A DNA stretch of 64,000 nucleotides from Candidatus Izemoplasmatales bacterium (GTDB taxonomy: Bacteria; Bacillota_I; Bacilli_A; Izemoplasmatales; Hujiaoplasmataceae): NCBI GenBank assembly GCA_050949045.1, contig JBMNEZ010000001.1, forward strand, positions 480,001 through 544,000, in the 5' to 3' direction. Of this stretch, positions 53,554-63,983 are shown in pieces. The stretch's first letter is position 1. Each line of letters starts with the position of its first letter. The translations under genes were made by a program, and so were the position numbers. The notes beneath the pieces are model-generated. The model saw nothing but the letters and a program-made list of their open reading frames with translations. It was not told where the DNA came from and ran no database searches.

Positions 53554-53981
53554 TAGAAAAAACGGCGCTAAAGTAGAGTGAACCTTATTTAGTAGAACCT
53601 TTTCATTTTGGTTTTACTTCTATGGAAACAGTTCACACAACTTTTTTATTGATCAATTACTGAGAGAATTTTTTTAGGGAACTTCGATAACGAGAATTGA
53701 TAAGATCTCCGTGTCGGAATGTTTATCGGTGCTGCCGACCAAATTTCAGTGTCTGAAAAGGCAAACAAGATCAATTCTTTTTGGTGATTGTTGTACTGTT
53801 ATAAAGATCATGACAAAATCATTTGCTAATGTACTTCATCAGATATTTTATCTAACATAGCCTTTCAGTGATATAAACAGTTTTTCTATGATATAATATT
53901 TACAAAATCAAAGTATGCCAAAACACCAATCGAAGAACTGCTTGAAAAATGAGACATTGTTTTCTAACGGAAAAGAGGTAT

Positions 53982-54533
53982 ATGATGGAAATCATTATCA
54001 TCTATGATTCCTACTTCGGCAATACTCTCAAAGTGGCGGAAATGTTTCAAAGCGAGTTTGCGACTGGCAACTATCATGCCTTGATTAAGCATTGCGGACA
54101 GGCTTCTTTAGAAGACATCCAACGCTCAAAACTCGTGCTTCTCGGTTCTCCGACCAGAGGATTCCGTGAGTCACCGGCGATGATGTCATTTCTAAAGCGT
54201 AAAGACATTTGCCTTAAAGACAAGCGAGTCTTCGCTTTTGACACGAGAATCAGCATAATTGACATTAAATCTAAACTGCTCAGGCGACTGATGAAACGGT
54301 TCGGGTATGCTGCTACAAATATGGAGAAAAGATTGAAAAAAAACGGGGTTGAAGTCGTCATGCCAGCCACCGGCTATCCTGTCGTCTCTGTGGAAGGGCC
54401 GCTAAAATCCGAAGTCGCCTCAATGATTGAAAACGACGCTCAAAGACTCTTAAGTGCTTTGTATGGCTCTGATACACTAGGAGGATACCCTGATGTCCAG
54501 ACAACAACGAGTGCGGAAAGTTTTAAAACATAA
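53982..54533 (+). CDS. Flavodoxin-like protein
   Basis: IIYDSYFGNT, LGSPTRGF, FAFDTR. Confidence 0.85.
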   Translation: MMEIIIIYDSYFGNTLKVAEMFQSEFATGNYHALIKHCGQASLEDIQRSKLVLLGSPTRGFRESPAMMSFLKRKDICLKDKRVFAFDTRISIIDIKSKLLRRLMKRFGYAATNMEKRLKKNGVEVVMPATGYPVVSVEGPLKSEVASMIENDAQRLLSALYGSDTLGGYPDVQTTTSAESFKT

Positions 54534-55215
54534 TCTGTTCATCACCTTTTTAAAGGGATTGTTGCGGCTTTTTGTTCGCAAACCGCAGATAGTTGGGGAA
54601 CAATTACCAACAAAACCATCAATCATCCTTGCCAACCACAAGGGTGCAGCAGGACCATTGGTTTTGTCACTCTACTTCCCCGCGCTGTTTGTGCCTTGGG
54701 GGCATTACCAAATGACGGAAGGATATCTTAGGCGTTTTGATTATCTTTATCGGGTGTTCTATCGGACCAAACTTGGTAAAGGCAAGGTGGCATCCTTCAT
54801 CCTCGCGGTTTTGTTTGGGCTCGTCTCCAAATTGATCTACAATGGTATGCATGTCATACCTTCATATCCGGATCTGAGGCTTAGAAGAACACTGAGGATC
54901 AGTTTCGCCCACCTTGACGAAGGCAATAACGTCCTCGTTTTTCCCGAAGACTCAAATTCTGGTTATCATGATGTTCCCAATTCATTTTTTGGCGGGTTTG
55001 CCGTTTTGGCGATCGAATACTACCGCAGGACAAAAATCGATGTACCGATAACTCCTGTCTTCTTCAGCAAACCCGACCGCTTGATCGCGATTGGTGAAAG
55101 TATATCGATCAAGAGCCTTCTTGATCAAGGAATGGACCGTCGCGACATCACTAAGCATTTTGAAGTCCTTTGCGACACTTTGCATAAAAAATATGTTATC
55201 GATAAAAAACGGTAA
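54493..55215 (+). CDS. PlsC-like acyltransferase superfamily protein
   Basis: IILANH, VLVFPE, VPITPV; the HxxxxD Asp is replaced. Confidence 0.7.
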   Translation: MSRQQRVRKVLKHNLFITFLKGLLRLFVRKPQIVGEQLPTKPSIILANHKGAAGPLVLSLYFPALFVPWGHYQMTEGYLRRFDYLYRVFYRTKLGKGKVASFILAVLFGLVSKLIYNGMHVIPSYPDLRLRRTLRISFAHLDEGNNVLVFPEDSNSGYHDVPNSFFGGFAVLAIEYYRRTKIDVPITPVFFSKPDRLIAIGESISIKSLLDQGMDRRDITKHFEVLCDTLHKKYVIDKKR

Positions 55216-55289
55216 TTGATTGACACTATGTCGATTTTGCGATACATTTTAGCCATAAAGAAGCTTTATCAAGCGGAGGTAAGTGGAAG

Positions 55290-55448
55290 ATGAAATGGGT
55301 TTGTGAAGTATGTGGTTATATTTATGATCCCGAATTTGGTGACCCGGACGGCGGCGTCGAGCCAGGAACGGCGTTCGAGGACATTCCCGAAGACTGGGTT
55401 TGCCCCGATTGCGGCGTCACCAAAGAAAATTTCAGCCCGCTCGACTAA
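55290..55448 (+). CDS. Rubredoxin (52 aa; absent from the ORF track)
   Basis: [61 protein letters not shown]. Confidence 0.97.
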   Translation: MKWVCEVCGYIYDPEFGDPDGGVEPGTAFEDIPEDWVCPDCGVTKENFSPLD

Positions 55449-55557
55449 ATTTAGGGCAAGATGTTTTTGGGTCCCTTGCGGTCCCTTTTCTCGTATGGAA
55501 ACGATATTTGATTTAATCATTAATCTGTCACACAGACATTAACGTGGAGGCTATAAC

Positions 55558-55962
55558 ATGAAGAAGTTTTTCAAGGAGTTTGGGGAATTTATCGCCAAAG
55601 GCAACGCCCTCGATCTCGCTGTCGGTCTTGTCATCGGGACAGCATTCAACGCCATCATCAAAAGTCTTGTAAATGATATCATCATGCCGTTGATCGGTTT
55701 GATTGCCAAAGCCGATGTTCGCAGCTGGTATGTTGTCTTGCGGGGAACGGCAACCTTTGACGCCGTCACCGGTCAATTGATTTTGTCCGAAGACGCGGTT
55801 TTGCTTACTTATGGGAACTTTATCCAGGCAATCCTCGATTTTCTGATCATTTCCTTGGCGATTTTCCTTGCTTTAAAAGTGATCATGAAACTTCAAAATC
55901 GTTTCAAGCAAATCAAGGAAAAACTGGTGAACAAAGAAGAAACTGAGGAAGCCAAGGAATAA
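55558..55962 (+). CDS. mscL: Large-conductance mechanosensitive channel
   Basis: FKEFGEFIAKGNALDLAVGLVIGTAFNAIIKSLVNDIIMP, YGNFI. Confidence 0.95.
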   Translation: MKKFFKEFGEFIAKGNALDLAVGLVIGTAFNAIIKSLVNDIIMPLIGLIAKADVRSWYVVLRGTATFDAVTGQLILSEDAVLLTYGNFIQAILDFLIISLAIFLALKVIMKLQNRFKQIKEKLVNKEETEEAKE

Positions 55963-56237
55963 AATACTTCTGATTACGATTCCCTCAATCGGTTTCGGAA
56001 CCTGGCAGATACAAAAAGACGACATCGTCTATAGCGAAATCTCGACCGTGATCAAAGTTCTTGCTGTCTCTTGCGATGAAGCCCGCAAAAAAGATGCGGG
56101 TTTTTGCTTTTTTACAGGGTGGAATCAATGGCGTTGTAGTCTGGCGAGGAGAGTTTGATTTGGAGAATCGATGAAATCAACAAAGAAATCCGCAATAAGA
56201 AATTGTTTTTCATAACCAATAGTGCTATAATAAAATC

Positions 56238-56333
56238 GACTCAAGGTGTATAACAGGGAACCAAGTGCGAATCTTGGACTGTGCCAGCAACCGTGAAGAC
56301 GTCTGTCAAAGTCGGGAGACCTACCTTGAAGTC
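56238..56333 (+). ncRNA. Cobalamin riboswitch (compact form)
   Basis: AGGT..AACAGGGAA-CCAAG-tgcgaat-CTTGG-ACTGtgCCaGCAACcGTGA...AGTCgGgAGACCTaCC B12 box; P1 TCAAGG/CCTTGA. Confidence 0.9.
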
Positions 56334-56360
56334 CAAAATTTAATCTGAGAGGATCAAAAA

Positions 56361-56780
56361 ATGAAGCGAAAAGTACTGGGGATCATGCTGTTCCTTCTGA
56401 TTTTGCCTATTTTTTTTGGCTGTCAGGCGGAAACAAGCACAACGGAATTTCATTCAGGCCAAATCACGTTTGAACTGTATGACCAAGAGGGAGTCAAGAT
56501 TTCCGAAAAGACAGTCTCCTTTGATGCAGACGACACCTTGCTGAGCTTGCTGATGGACAACTACACTGTCTATTGTCAAGGGCAAGACGGCAACCCTGAC
56601 GAAACTTGCTCGTTTGAAACGCAATACGGCTATTACATCATGGGGATCGACACTGTCACCGCCTTCACAGGCAACGCCTATATTGCGATGTATGTCAACG
56701 ACGCCTACTCGATGACGGGGATCAGCGATACCCCTGTTGTCGACGGTAATGTCTACCAATTCAAATTTGAAACTTACTAA
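56361..56780 (+). CDS. DUF4430 (transcobalamin-like) lipoprotein, CbrS-like
   Basis: Lipobox FFGC; YGYYIMGID...YIAMYVND...GISDTPVVDG; directly under the B12 riboswitch. Confidence 0.78.
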   Translation: MKRKVLGIMLFLLILPIFFGCQAETSTTEFHSGQITFELYDQEGVKISEKTVSFDADDTLLSLLMDNYTVYCQGQDGNPDETCSFETQYGYYIMGIDTVTAFTGNAYIAMYVNDAYSMTGISDTPVVDGNVYQFKFETY

Positions 56781-57321
56781 AAAACGTAATGCCACTCTAA
56801 GACAAGTCATTTTGACGGGAATGTTCCTAGCGATTTTAGTCGTTCAGGAACAATTGCTGATATTCCTGCCTAATATTCAGCTTACCGTTGTTTTGATTAT
56901 GGTTTATGCCAGTTTTATGCCCAGCCACCTGCTAGGGTTTTTGATTGTCGGCTATGTTTTTCTCGACAATCTGATCATGGGTTCGTTCAGCATAATCTAT
57001 ACGCCGCCAATGTTGATCGCCTGGATACTCCTCGCCGTTATCGGGAGATTGGTTCGCAATAGCTCGATGATTGTCGTTCTCCTTTCGGCGTTTCTTTTCG
57101 GTTTTGTCTATGGATGGATCTACATTCCCTTCAGCATGATCGTTCACGGTATCGATATTTTTTGGCCGTATCTACTAGCCGACCTGCCTTTTGAGATTAC
57201 GATGGCTCTCAACAACTATCTGACAGTTCTCATTCTCTACAAGCCTTTGAGGGCATTGCTCGAACCTTTGATGATACCAAAAAATGAAAATGAGGAAACT
57301 GACGCTCCTCCTTGTTTTTGA
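56749..57321 (+). CDS. ECF transporter S component, CbrT-like (cobalamin); start uncertain
   Basis: LPNIQLT motif, FGFVYG, ADLPFEI, 5-6 TMs. Confidence 0.78.
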   Translation: MSTNSNLKLTKKRNATLRQVILTGMFLAILVVQEQLLIFLPNIQLTVVLIMVYASFMPSHLLGFLIVGYVFLDNLIMGSFSIIYTPPMLIAWILLAVIGRLVRNSSMIVVLLSAFLFGFVYGWIYIPFSMIVHGIDIFWPYLLADLPFEITMALNNYLTVLILYKPLRALLEPLMIPKNENEETDAPPCF

Positions 57322-57327
57322 TTGGTG

Positions 57328-57358
57328 AAAGGTCGTCTCGCTAGAGACGGCCTTTTTA
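57328..57358 (+). terminator. Intrinsic terminator
   Basis: AAAGGTCGTCTC-gcta-GAGACGGCCTTT TT. Confidence 0.8.
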
Positions 57359-57646
57359 ATTGGTAGGATGAACTAATCTTGATAATCAATAATATTCTGC
57401 GTATGACAATAATGTTGTCACCAAATTGTTTGTCAAACACGGACTCGCATCGAAGAATTCTTATCTCATCGACTATGAGTTGTTATATTGTAATTTCACC
57501 TCACTGACTATGATTTTGACTATGGTAGTTACAAATCTTGCCAAGTAAACGACAGAGTACCGATGATGTATTTTTTCTTTATTTTTTTATTATATACTAT
57601 CTATGAATATTGCTCGGTTAAAACTTAATATTAAGGAGGAAAAAAG

Positions 57647-59959
57647 ATGCGAATCAAAAGGCTTCTTGTGTTTGCACTTATTTTTGCATTTTTGGGTTTA
57701 CTTCTAGCTTGTGATGAACTGACATCACAACCGCCAACAACGCAGACATCGACAACACAGTTGTCAACGACAAAACTGACAACAACTCAATCACCGACAA
57801 CTACGCCCCCAACGACTCAATCACCGACAACTACGCCCCCAACGACGCAATTACCAACAACTACGCTTCCAACGACACAACCGTCATCAACTATGCCTAC
57901 AACAACGCAACCACCGACAACAATGCCTACAACGACGCAACCACCGACAACTATGCCTACAACGACGCAACCACCGACAACTATGCCTACAACAACGCAA
58001 CCACCGACAACTATGCCTACAACGACGCAACCTACTACAACACAGCCGTTAACAACACAGCCGACTACAACATTACCACCAACAACGCAGGCACCAACGA
58101 CCCTAAATCCTGCAGATTATCCACAATTGTTCAATCCTAGCAATCCGGATGTTTATGTTTTCGAAGCTGAAGCTGGACAGATAACTGGAACGCCTTCTTA
58201 TGGAGAGGTTTTCATTGAAAATATCGAAGCAGCATCAGGTGGACAAACAGTAGGATATTTTGCAACTCTAGGCAATAAAATCACTTGGAACATCAATGCT
58301 ACTGAAAACGTTACAGTTGCGATCGATTTAGTTATGTCTAGTTCTCTTATGAGACAGACTGATTATGTTGTAATCAATCAACCGATTAACCCTTCAACGT
58401 TTGGTGTTAAAGTGAATGGGGTGGCAATAAGCTATCCGGAATACATAGTTCCCGGATCCAACGAAGCGTGGGTTTTCAATTCAGTCTGGGGCGATTTCGT
58501 TATTAGCGGAATCAATTTGGTCAAAGGCGCAAATACGATAGAAATAGAAGTGCTAAACACTAATGCCGCACCAAATATGGATGTACTCAAGATAAAGTCT
58601 GCGCAACAACTTACTACAGGAAGCGGCGGGCCAACAGAACCACAGGAAAATTATGAAGGCGATATATCATACTCATTAGTCATTGAAGGCTATGAATGGG
58701 GACCGTCCGTTTCAAAGATAGTGCTTCATTTTGAAGATCATCAAATAGGTAAAAACACATTTGATAAAGATACCTTCAAAGTATTAGCAGGTTCTACTGC
58801 CAGAAATGTCCTTGCGGCCTATCTATCTGATGCACAAGGAAAAGAAATTGTCGATGACAATTCAAATTACGTAACATTAGCTTTTGAAGTCGGATACAGT
58901 AGATACCAGCCGATTCATAATTCCTCAGTTTTTTCTTATACTGGCGGAAGAAATGTTTTTAGGAATCTGGCAATCTACAGCGTTTCGCTTCAAACTGGCA
59001 AGAGCCTTGTGATCAATTCTGTTGAGTATAAACAGGTGAATGTAGCTTCATCCAAGTATAGTGGCAGGATATCGCCAGACACTGATGGACTGCTAAAGGG
59101 TAGTTTTTCAGACGGAAGCAGAACACTTACATATGCGGCTTATGAAACCGAAGCGATGAAAAACGATAGCGGTAAAAATCCATTGATTATCTGGCTTCAT
59201 GGCGCTGGCGAAGGCGGAATAGATGTTGATATTGCCATACTAGGCAATGAAGCAACTGCGTTATTTAAAGATCCGATTCAATCATATTTTAGAACAGAAC
59301 TTCTTCAAGGCGCTTATGTTCTTGTAGTTCAAACGCCGACGGCATGGATGGATTCTGGCAGTGGACAACACTCAGGAAATGAACCGTCCATTTACACAGC
59401 ATTACTTATGGCGACTATTGAACATTATACGGGATTGAACTCAGATGTAGATAAAAACAGAATCTATATAGGCGGATGTTCAAACGGTGGATACATGACA
59501 ATGAATATGATTATCGAGTATCCGAATTACTTTGCGGCTGCCTATCCAATCTGTGAAGCCTATATGAATTCCTATGTCGATGAAACCAAATTGAACAAGA
59601 TAAAAGATTTGCCGATTTGGTTCATAACAGCAGCTAATGACACCACAGTATCGCCAGCCAACTTTACAGTTGCCACATATGTGAGATTGATTCAAGCCGG
59701 AGCAGAAAATGTTCATTTCTCATATTTTTCAACCGTAATCGGCAAAGACCAGCCTGGAGCGAACTATTTTGGCCATTGGTCATGGATTTATGCATTCAAC
59801 GATGAGGTGTCTTTGGACCAAAACAAAGCCGCTGTCTTTACAAATGGAGCCAGCGCAGTCAGTGCGCCAAGCACTGTCCAGGTTTTGGTTGGAGAAACAC
59901 CAGTCAATCTATGGCAATGGCTTGCAAGTAGAAAACTGCCTGAAGTTCCTCAAGAATAA
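57647..59959 (+). CDS. Lipoprotein: Thr/Pro-rich stalk + CBM6/35-like module + Ig-like domain + alpha/beta-hydrolase (esterase)
   Basis: Lipobox LLAC; YVFEAE...GANTIEI...PNMD; PLIIWLHGAGEGG, GCSNGG nucleophile elbow, DTTV, GHWSW. Confidence 0.85.
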   Translation: MRIKRLLVFALIFAFLGLLLACDELTSQPPTTQTSTTQLSTTKLTTTQSPTTTPPTTQSPTTTPPTTQLPTTTLPTTQPSSTMPTTTQPPTTMPTTTQPPTTMPTTTQPPTTMPTTTQPPTTMPTTTQPTTTQPLTTQPTTTLPPTTQAPTTLNPADYPQLFNPSNPDVYVFEAEAGQITGTPSYGEVFIENIEAASGGQTVGYFATLGNKITWNINATENVTVAIDLVMSSSLMRQTDYVVINQPINPSTFGVKVNGVAISYPEYIVPGSNEAWVFNSVWGDFVISGINLVKGANTIEIEVLNTNAAPNMDVLKIKSAQQLTTGSGGPTEPQENYEGDISYSLVIEGYEWGPSVSKIVLHFEDHQIGKNTFDKDTFKVLAGSTARNVLAAYLSDAQGKEIVDDNSNYVTLAFEVGYSRYQPIHNSSVFSYTGGRNVFRNLAIYSVSLQTGKSLVINSVEYKQVNVASSKYSGRISPDTDGLLKGSFSDGSRTLTYAAYETEAMKNDSGKNPLIIWLHGAGEGGIDVDIAILGNEATALFKDPIQSYFRTELLQGAYVLVVQTPTAWMDSGSGQHSGNEPSIYTALLMATIEHYTGLNSDVDKNRIYIGGCSNGGYMTMNMIIEYPNYFAAAYPICEAYMNSYVDETKLNKIKDLPIWFITAANDTTVSPANFTVATYVRLIQAGAENVHFSYFSTVIGKDQPGANYFGHWSWIYAFNDEVSLDQNKAAVFTNGASAVSAPSTVQVLVGETPVNLWQWLASRKLPEVPQE
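57781..58030 (+). repeat. Coding 30-bp tandem repeat (about 8 units, TTQPPTTMPT)
   Basis: aacgacgcaaccaccgacaactatgcctac and variants. Confidence 0.92.
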
Positions 59960-60051
59960 ACTACTTACACTAAAACCATAGCACAATCGAAAGCATCAAC
60001 TAATAAGCAAACCGAAGGATCAATGAACTTAATATATGTCACTCGCAGAAG

Positions 60052-60093
60052 AAAGCCAATCTTGATTAAACAACATCTGGATTGGCTTTTTTT
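60052..60093. terminator. Hairpin terminator between convergent genes
   Basis: AAAGCCAATC...GATTGGCTTTTTT. Confidence 0.7.
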
Positions 60094-60143
60094 ATGGATG
60101 CTGAAAATATTATAAAAAGCCGTCTCTTTTGAGACGACTTTCT

Positions 60144-62258
60144 CTAATTGGTGACGGTAAAACTATCCCGGTAATCGATTTTGATCGGCTTGGTGGCATC
60201 AATGCCGTCACCGACGATTGCGCGGGCAATCGCTGTTTCCAAATACCTCTGGATGTAACGCTTGAGCGGCCTAGCACCGTACTCGGGATCATAGGCGTTG
60301 TCGATGACTGCGCGTCCGACGGCTTCGGTGAAATCGACGCTGATGCCCGTTTTCTGAAGCCTTGTCTTGAGATCTGTGAGCATCTTTTGGACGATCAAGA
60401 CTTGTGTTTCCCGATTAAGTGAGTTGAAGATGACGATCTCGTCAATCCGATTGATGAACTCAGGTTTGAAAGACTTTCTGATCAAGGCCTCGACTTTAAA
60501 TTGGGCATCGTGGTCATTCTTCATCAGATATTCACTGCCAAGGTTTGAGGTCATGATGATGATCGTGTTCTTGAAGTCGACCGTGCGGCCCTGATTGTCG
60601 GTAAGCCGGCCGTCATCGAGGATCTGCAACAAAACGTTGAAGACCTCGGGATGGGCTTTCTCGATTTCGTCGAAGAGAACGATCGAATATGGTTTGCGCC
60701 TGATTGCCTCTGTCAACTGCCCGCCTTCATCATAGCCGACATAACCTGGGGGCGCGCCAATCAGCCTTGTGACGGCGAAGGACTCCATATATTCGCTCAT
60801 ATCGATGCGGACGATCTGGTTCTCACTGGCGAAGAGTTGTTCAGCGAGCGCTTTGGCCACTTCGGTTTTTCCTACTCCGGTGGGTCCTAAAAACATGAAC
60901 GATCCGATTGGCCGGGCTTCATTCTTGATCCCCGCACGCTGGCGGATGATCGCGTCCGCGACCAACTTGATTGCTTTGTCTTGCCCAATGACCCTCGCTT
61001 TCAGATTTTCTTCGAGATTGACGAGTTTCTTCTTGTCGCCCTGAAGCAGCTTAGAAACGGGAATCTTAGTCCATTTTGAAACGATATCCGCGATCTCCTG
61101 ATCGTTGACGACCTCGCTGATCAGATGATGGTTTTCTTGTTTTTGCCGGTTCATGATTTCTTTTTCTAAGGTTGGAATCTTACTGTACTGCAATTCGGCG
61201 GCTTTCGAATAGTCGCTCTGGTTGAGGGCGTTTTGCAGTTCGGTTCTCAGTTGTTCGAGTTTTGCCTTGTCTTTTTTGATGGCTTCGAGCTCACGCTTTT
61301 CCCGTTCCCATTCGGTTTTGAGAACGGAACCCTCCTGGTTGAGTTTGTCGAGTTCTTTATTCAGTTCGGCGAGACGTTTCTTGCTTAAGGGATCAGACTC
61401 TTTCTCGAGCACGCGCTTCTCAATCTCAAGTTGCATCGCTTTGCGCTTGATGTCATCGAGTTCGGCAGGCATCGAGTCGATCTCCATGCGGATCGAGGCG
61501 CAGGCTTCATCGATCAGATCGATCGCCTTGTCTGGCAGAAAGCGGTCGGTGATGTAGCGCTCCGAGAGCGTAGCTGCCGCGATGATGGCATTGTCGGCGA
61601 TATGGACGCCGTGATGGGCTTCAAATCGGTCTTTCAAACCCCTGATGATTGAGATGGTATCGGCGACGGTGGGTTCCTCGATCAAAACTTTCTGGAAACG
61701 CCGTTCAAGGGCATTGTCCTTTTCAATATACTTGCGATACTCATTGAGGGTCGTGGCCCCGATGCAGTGGAGTTCGCCGCGGGCGAGCATCGGCTTCAAC
61801 ATATTGGAGGCGTCGAGAGCCCCTTCGGCCTTGCCTGCGCCCACAATCATGTGGATCTCATCGATGAAAAGGATAATCTCGCCTTCTGAATCCTTGATTT
61901 TCTTGAGCACTGCCTTGAGCCTTTCTTCGAACTCGCCCCGATATTTGGCACCGGCGAGAAGACTGGCCAGGTCAAGTTCATAGATCGTCTTTGTTTCAAG
62001 ACCGGCCGGGACATCCTTGTCGACGATTCTACGTGCGAGTCCTTCGACGATCGCCGTTTTACCGACGCCAGGCTCACCAATCAAGACGGGGTTGTTCTTG
62101 GTCTTTCGGCTCAGAATCTTGATGATTCTGCGGATTTCTTCCTCTCTACCGATGACAGGATCGATTTTACCGCTTTTGACTTCATTGATGATATTGCGCC
62201 CGTATTTTTCTAGAATTTCGGGATCGTTTTCGAGATTTTGTGGTTCTTGATAGTTCAT
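60144..62258 (-). CDS. clpB: ClpB chaperone lacking the N-terminal domain
   Basis: [23 protein letters not shown], coiled-coil M domain, [26 protein letters not shown]. Confidence 0.95.
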   Translation of the reverse strand: MNYQEPQNLENDPEILEKYGRNIINEVKSGKIDPVIGREEEIRRIIKILSRKTKNNPVLIGEPGVGKTAIVEGLARRIVDKDVPAGLETKTIYELDLASLLAGAKYRGEFEERLKAVLKKIKDSEGEIILFIDEIHMIVGAGKAEGALDASNMLKPMLARGELHCIGATTLNEYRKYIEKDNALERRFQKVLIEEPTVADTISIIRGLKDRFEAHHGVHIADNAIIAAATLSERYITDRFLPDKAIDLIDEACASIRMEIDSMPAELDDIKRKAMQLEIEKRVLEKESDPLSKKRLAELNKELDKLNQEGSVLKTEWEREKRELEAIKKDKAKLEQLRTELQNALNQSDYSKAAELQYSKIPTLEKEIMNRQKQENHHLISEVVNDQEIADIVSKWTKIPVSKLLQGDKKKLVNLEENLKARVIGQDKAIKLVADAIIRQRAGIKNEARPIGSFMFLGPTGVGKTEVAKALAEQLFASENQIVRIDMSEYMESFAVTRLIGAPPGYVGYDEGGQLTEAIRRKPYSIVLFDEIEKAHPEVFNVLLQILDDGRLTDNQGRTVDFKNTIIIMTSNLGSEYLMKNDHDAQFKVEALIRKSFKPEFINRIDEIVIFNSLNRETQVLIVQKMLTDLKTRLQKTGISVDFTEAVGRAVIDNAYDPEYGARPLKRYIQRYLETAIARAIVGDGIDATKPIKIDYRDSFTVTN

Positions 62259-62287
62259 ATTGATCACTCCTTGGTAATCTTAATAAT

Positions 62288-62330
62288 ATTATACTATCAA
62301 TTGTTAGCACTGTCAATGATAGAGTGCTAA
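62288..62330 (-). promoter_or_regulatory. clpB promoter with CIRCE overlapping the -35
   Basis: TTAGCACTG-N9-GAGTGCTAA 62304-62330; minus-strand TTGACA (62316-62311)-17-TATAAT (62293-62288). Confidence 0.93.
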
Positions 62331-62619
62331 TGATGCTTAAAATAGTTTCAAAATCGGTGCCGGCGTGATTCATCTCATTAAGACTGCAAAATACCTTAAT
62401 CGGTTTTTGTGCTCGTCAAAAAAAACATGTTCACTCGATTCCCAAATACTATATAGAGTGGAGTGATCTTTCTTTGTATCACAGTGTTTTGTTTTTAGTC
62501 ATTAAGTAGAAGAATATAATCGATTGAGGCCTCCGTTTTGGAGACTCTTCTACGTTTATTGACAAGAAATAATCGCTATAATATAATGATGATAACGGCG
62601 ACATAGATCGGAGGATCAG

Positions 62620-63723
62620 ATGGTTTATCTCGATTATTCCGCCACAACTCCATGCGATGAGCGTGTTCTCCAAGTTTACGTTAACACCATCAGAGCACAG
62701 TTCGCAAATCCAAATTCGGGCCACCGTCTCGGACTTGAAACCAGAGCCAACTACCTGAGTCAGACCCAGTCGATCGCCGCGCTTTTGAATATGGAAGAGA
62801 GCGAGGTCGTTCTTACCAGCGGCGCGACCGAGGCCAACAACCTCGCCATCAGGGGAGTCGTTGCCGAAAAAGGCGCTCATGCGCTCACAACACCCTACGA
62901 ACACCCATCGGTGATCGCTTGTTTTTCCTCGCTTCAAAAGAAAGGGATCGAAGTCGAATTCGTTCCCACTGACGCCAATGGGGTGGTTGACATCCAAGCA
63001 ATGCGACAGCTGATCAGAGAGAATACTTATCTGGTATCGATCGGAGCTGTCAACTCGGAGATCGGTATTGCTCAGGATCTTGATGCTGTCAAGGAAGTGT
63101 TGACAGCCTATCCCTCGGTGCTTTTCCATTCCGACATCACCCAAGCCCTTGGCAAACTTCCTTTGCCAAAGAGAATGCCCGATCTTGTATCTCTGTCCGC
63201 TCACAAGATTTATGGTTTAAAAGGTTCAGGCGCGCTTTTGAAACCAAAAGGGTTGCGTCTCGAACGGATCTTGGCCGGCGGACACGGTTTATCCGCTTTC
63301 CGGCCTGGGACTCCCGATCTTCCGCAAGCAGTCATGCTCAACAAGGCAATTGCGTTGTCGCTTGCTACGTTTCCCGAACGATATAAATACATCGAGCGGT
63401 TGAATCGTGAGTTAAGAGAGCAAGTAGCCTTAATCAAAGGCGTCCACATCAATTCACCCAGAGGATCGCTCCCCCACATTTTGAATCTTTCTCTGCCACC
63501 ATATGAATCCAGCAAGCTCAGAGACTATCTTTCCCGCGAGGAGATCTACGTCTCGACACAGACAGCCTGTAGCGGTGACGCTCCTTTTTCAGAAGGAGTT
63601 TTGCGTTTGACCGGCGATCCTGCACTCGCCTCATCATCGATCCGGATTTCCTTGTCTCATCTTACAACATCAAGGGAAATCAACATCTTCCTAGAAGCGC
63701 TCAGAAAGCTGGTGCGACAATGA
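62620..63723 (+). CDS. iscS: Cysteine desulfurase, IscS/NifS family
   Basis: YLDYSATTP, TSGATEANN, SAHKIYGLKG, STQTACS; TTGACA-17-TATAAT promoter at 62559-62587. Confidence 0.9.
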   Translation: MVYLDYSATTPCDERVLQVYVNTIRAQFANPNSGHRLGLETRANYLSQTQSIAALLNMEESEVVLTSGATEANNLAIRGVVAEKGAHALTTPYEHPSVIACFSSLQKKGIEVEFVPTDANGVVDIQAMRQLIRENTYLVSIGAVNSEIGIAQDLDAVKEVLTAYPSVLFHSDITQALGKLPLPKRMPDLVSLSAHKIYGLKGSGALLKPKGLRLERILAGGHGLSAFRPGTPDLPQAVMLNKAIALSLATFPERYKYIERLNRELREQVALIKGVHINSPRGSLPHILNLSLPPYESSKLRDYLSREEIYVSTQTACSGDAPFSEGVLRLTGDPALASSSIRISLSHLTTSREINIFLEALRKLVRQ

Positions 63724-63983
63724 AAATCGTGTTTATTACCGCCAGTTGGTGTTCCAGTTGCCTCTTGATGCGTTCCCGCCTCAACAAGGCAATAGCGGGG
63801 ATTAAAAATGTCACTTTGATTGAACTTGATTTTGATCAAGACGCCAAAATCATCGAATCTTTTACACCGGGGAACATTCTTCCGGTCATTATCTTGTACC
63901 GCGAGAGCCAAGAATTGAAGCGCTTCGTTGGCGAAGTCAAAAGCGATGTTTTGACGAAAGCAATCATCGAGGCGTCCTCATGA
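63720..63983 (+). CDS. Thioredoxin family protein
   Basis: ASWCSSC, LPVII, RFVG. Confidence 0.85.
   Translation: MKIVFITASWCSSCLLMRSRLNKAIAGIKNVTLIELDFDQDAKIIESFTPGNILPVIILYRESQELKRFVGEVKSDVLTKAIIEASS

Noticed and set aside
57781..58030. Possible CRISPR array (30-bp periodicity)
   Set aside because: Head-to-tail repeats without unique spacers, in frame within a CDS; no cas genes.
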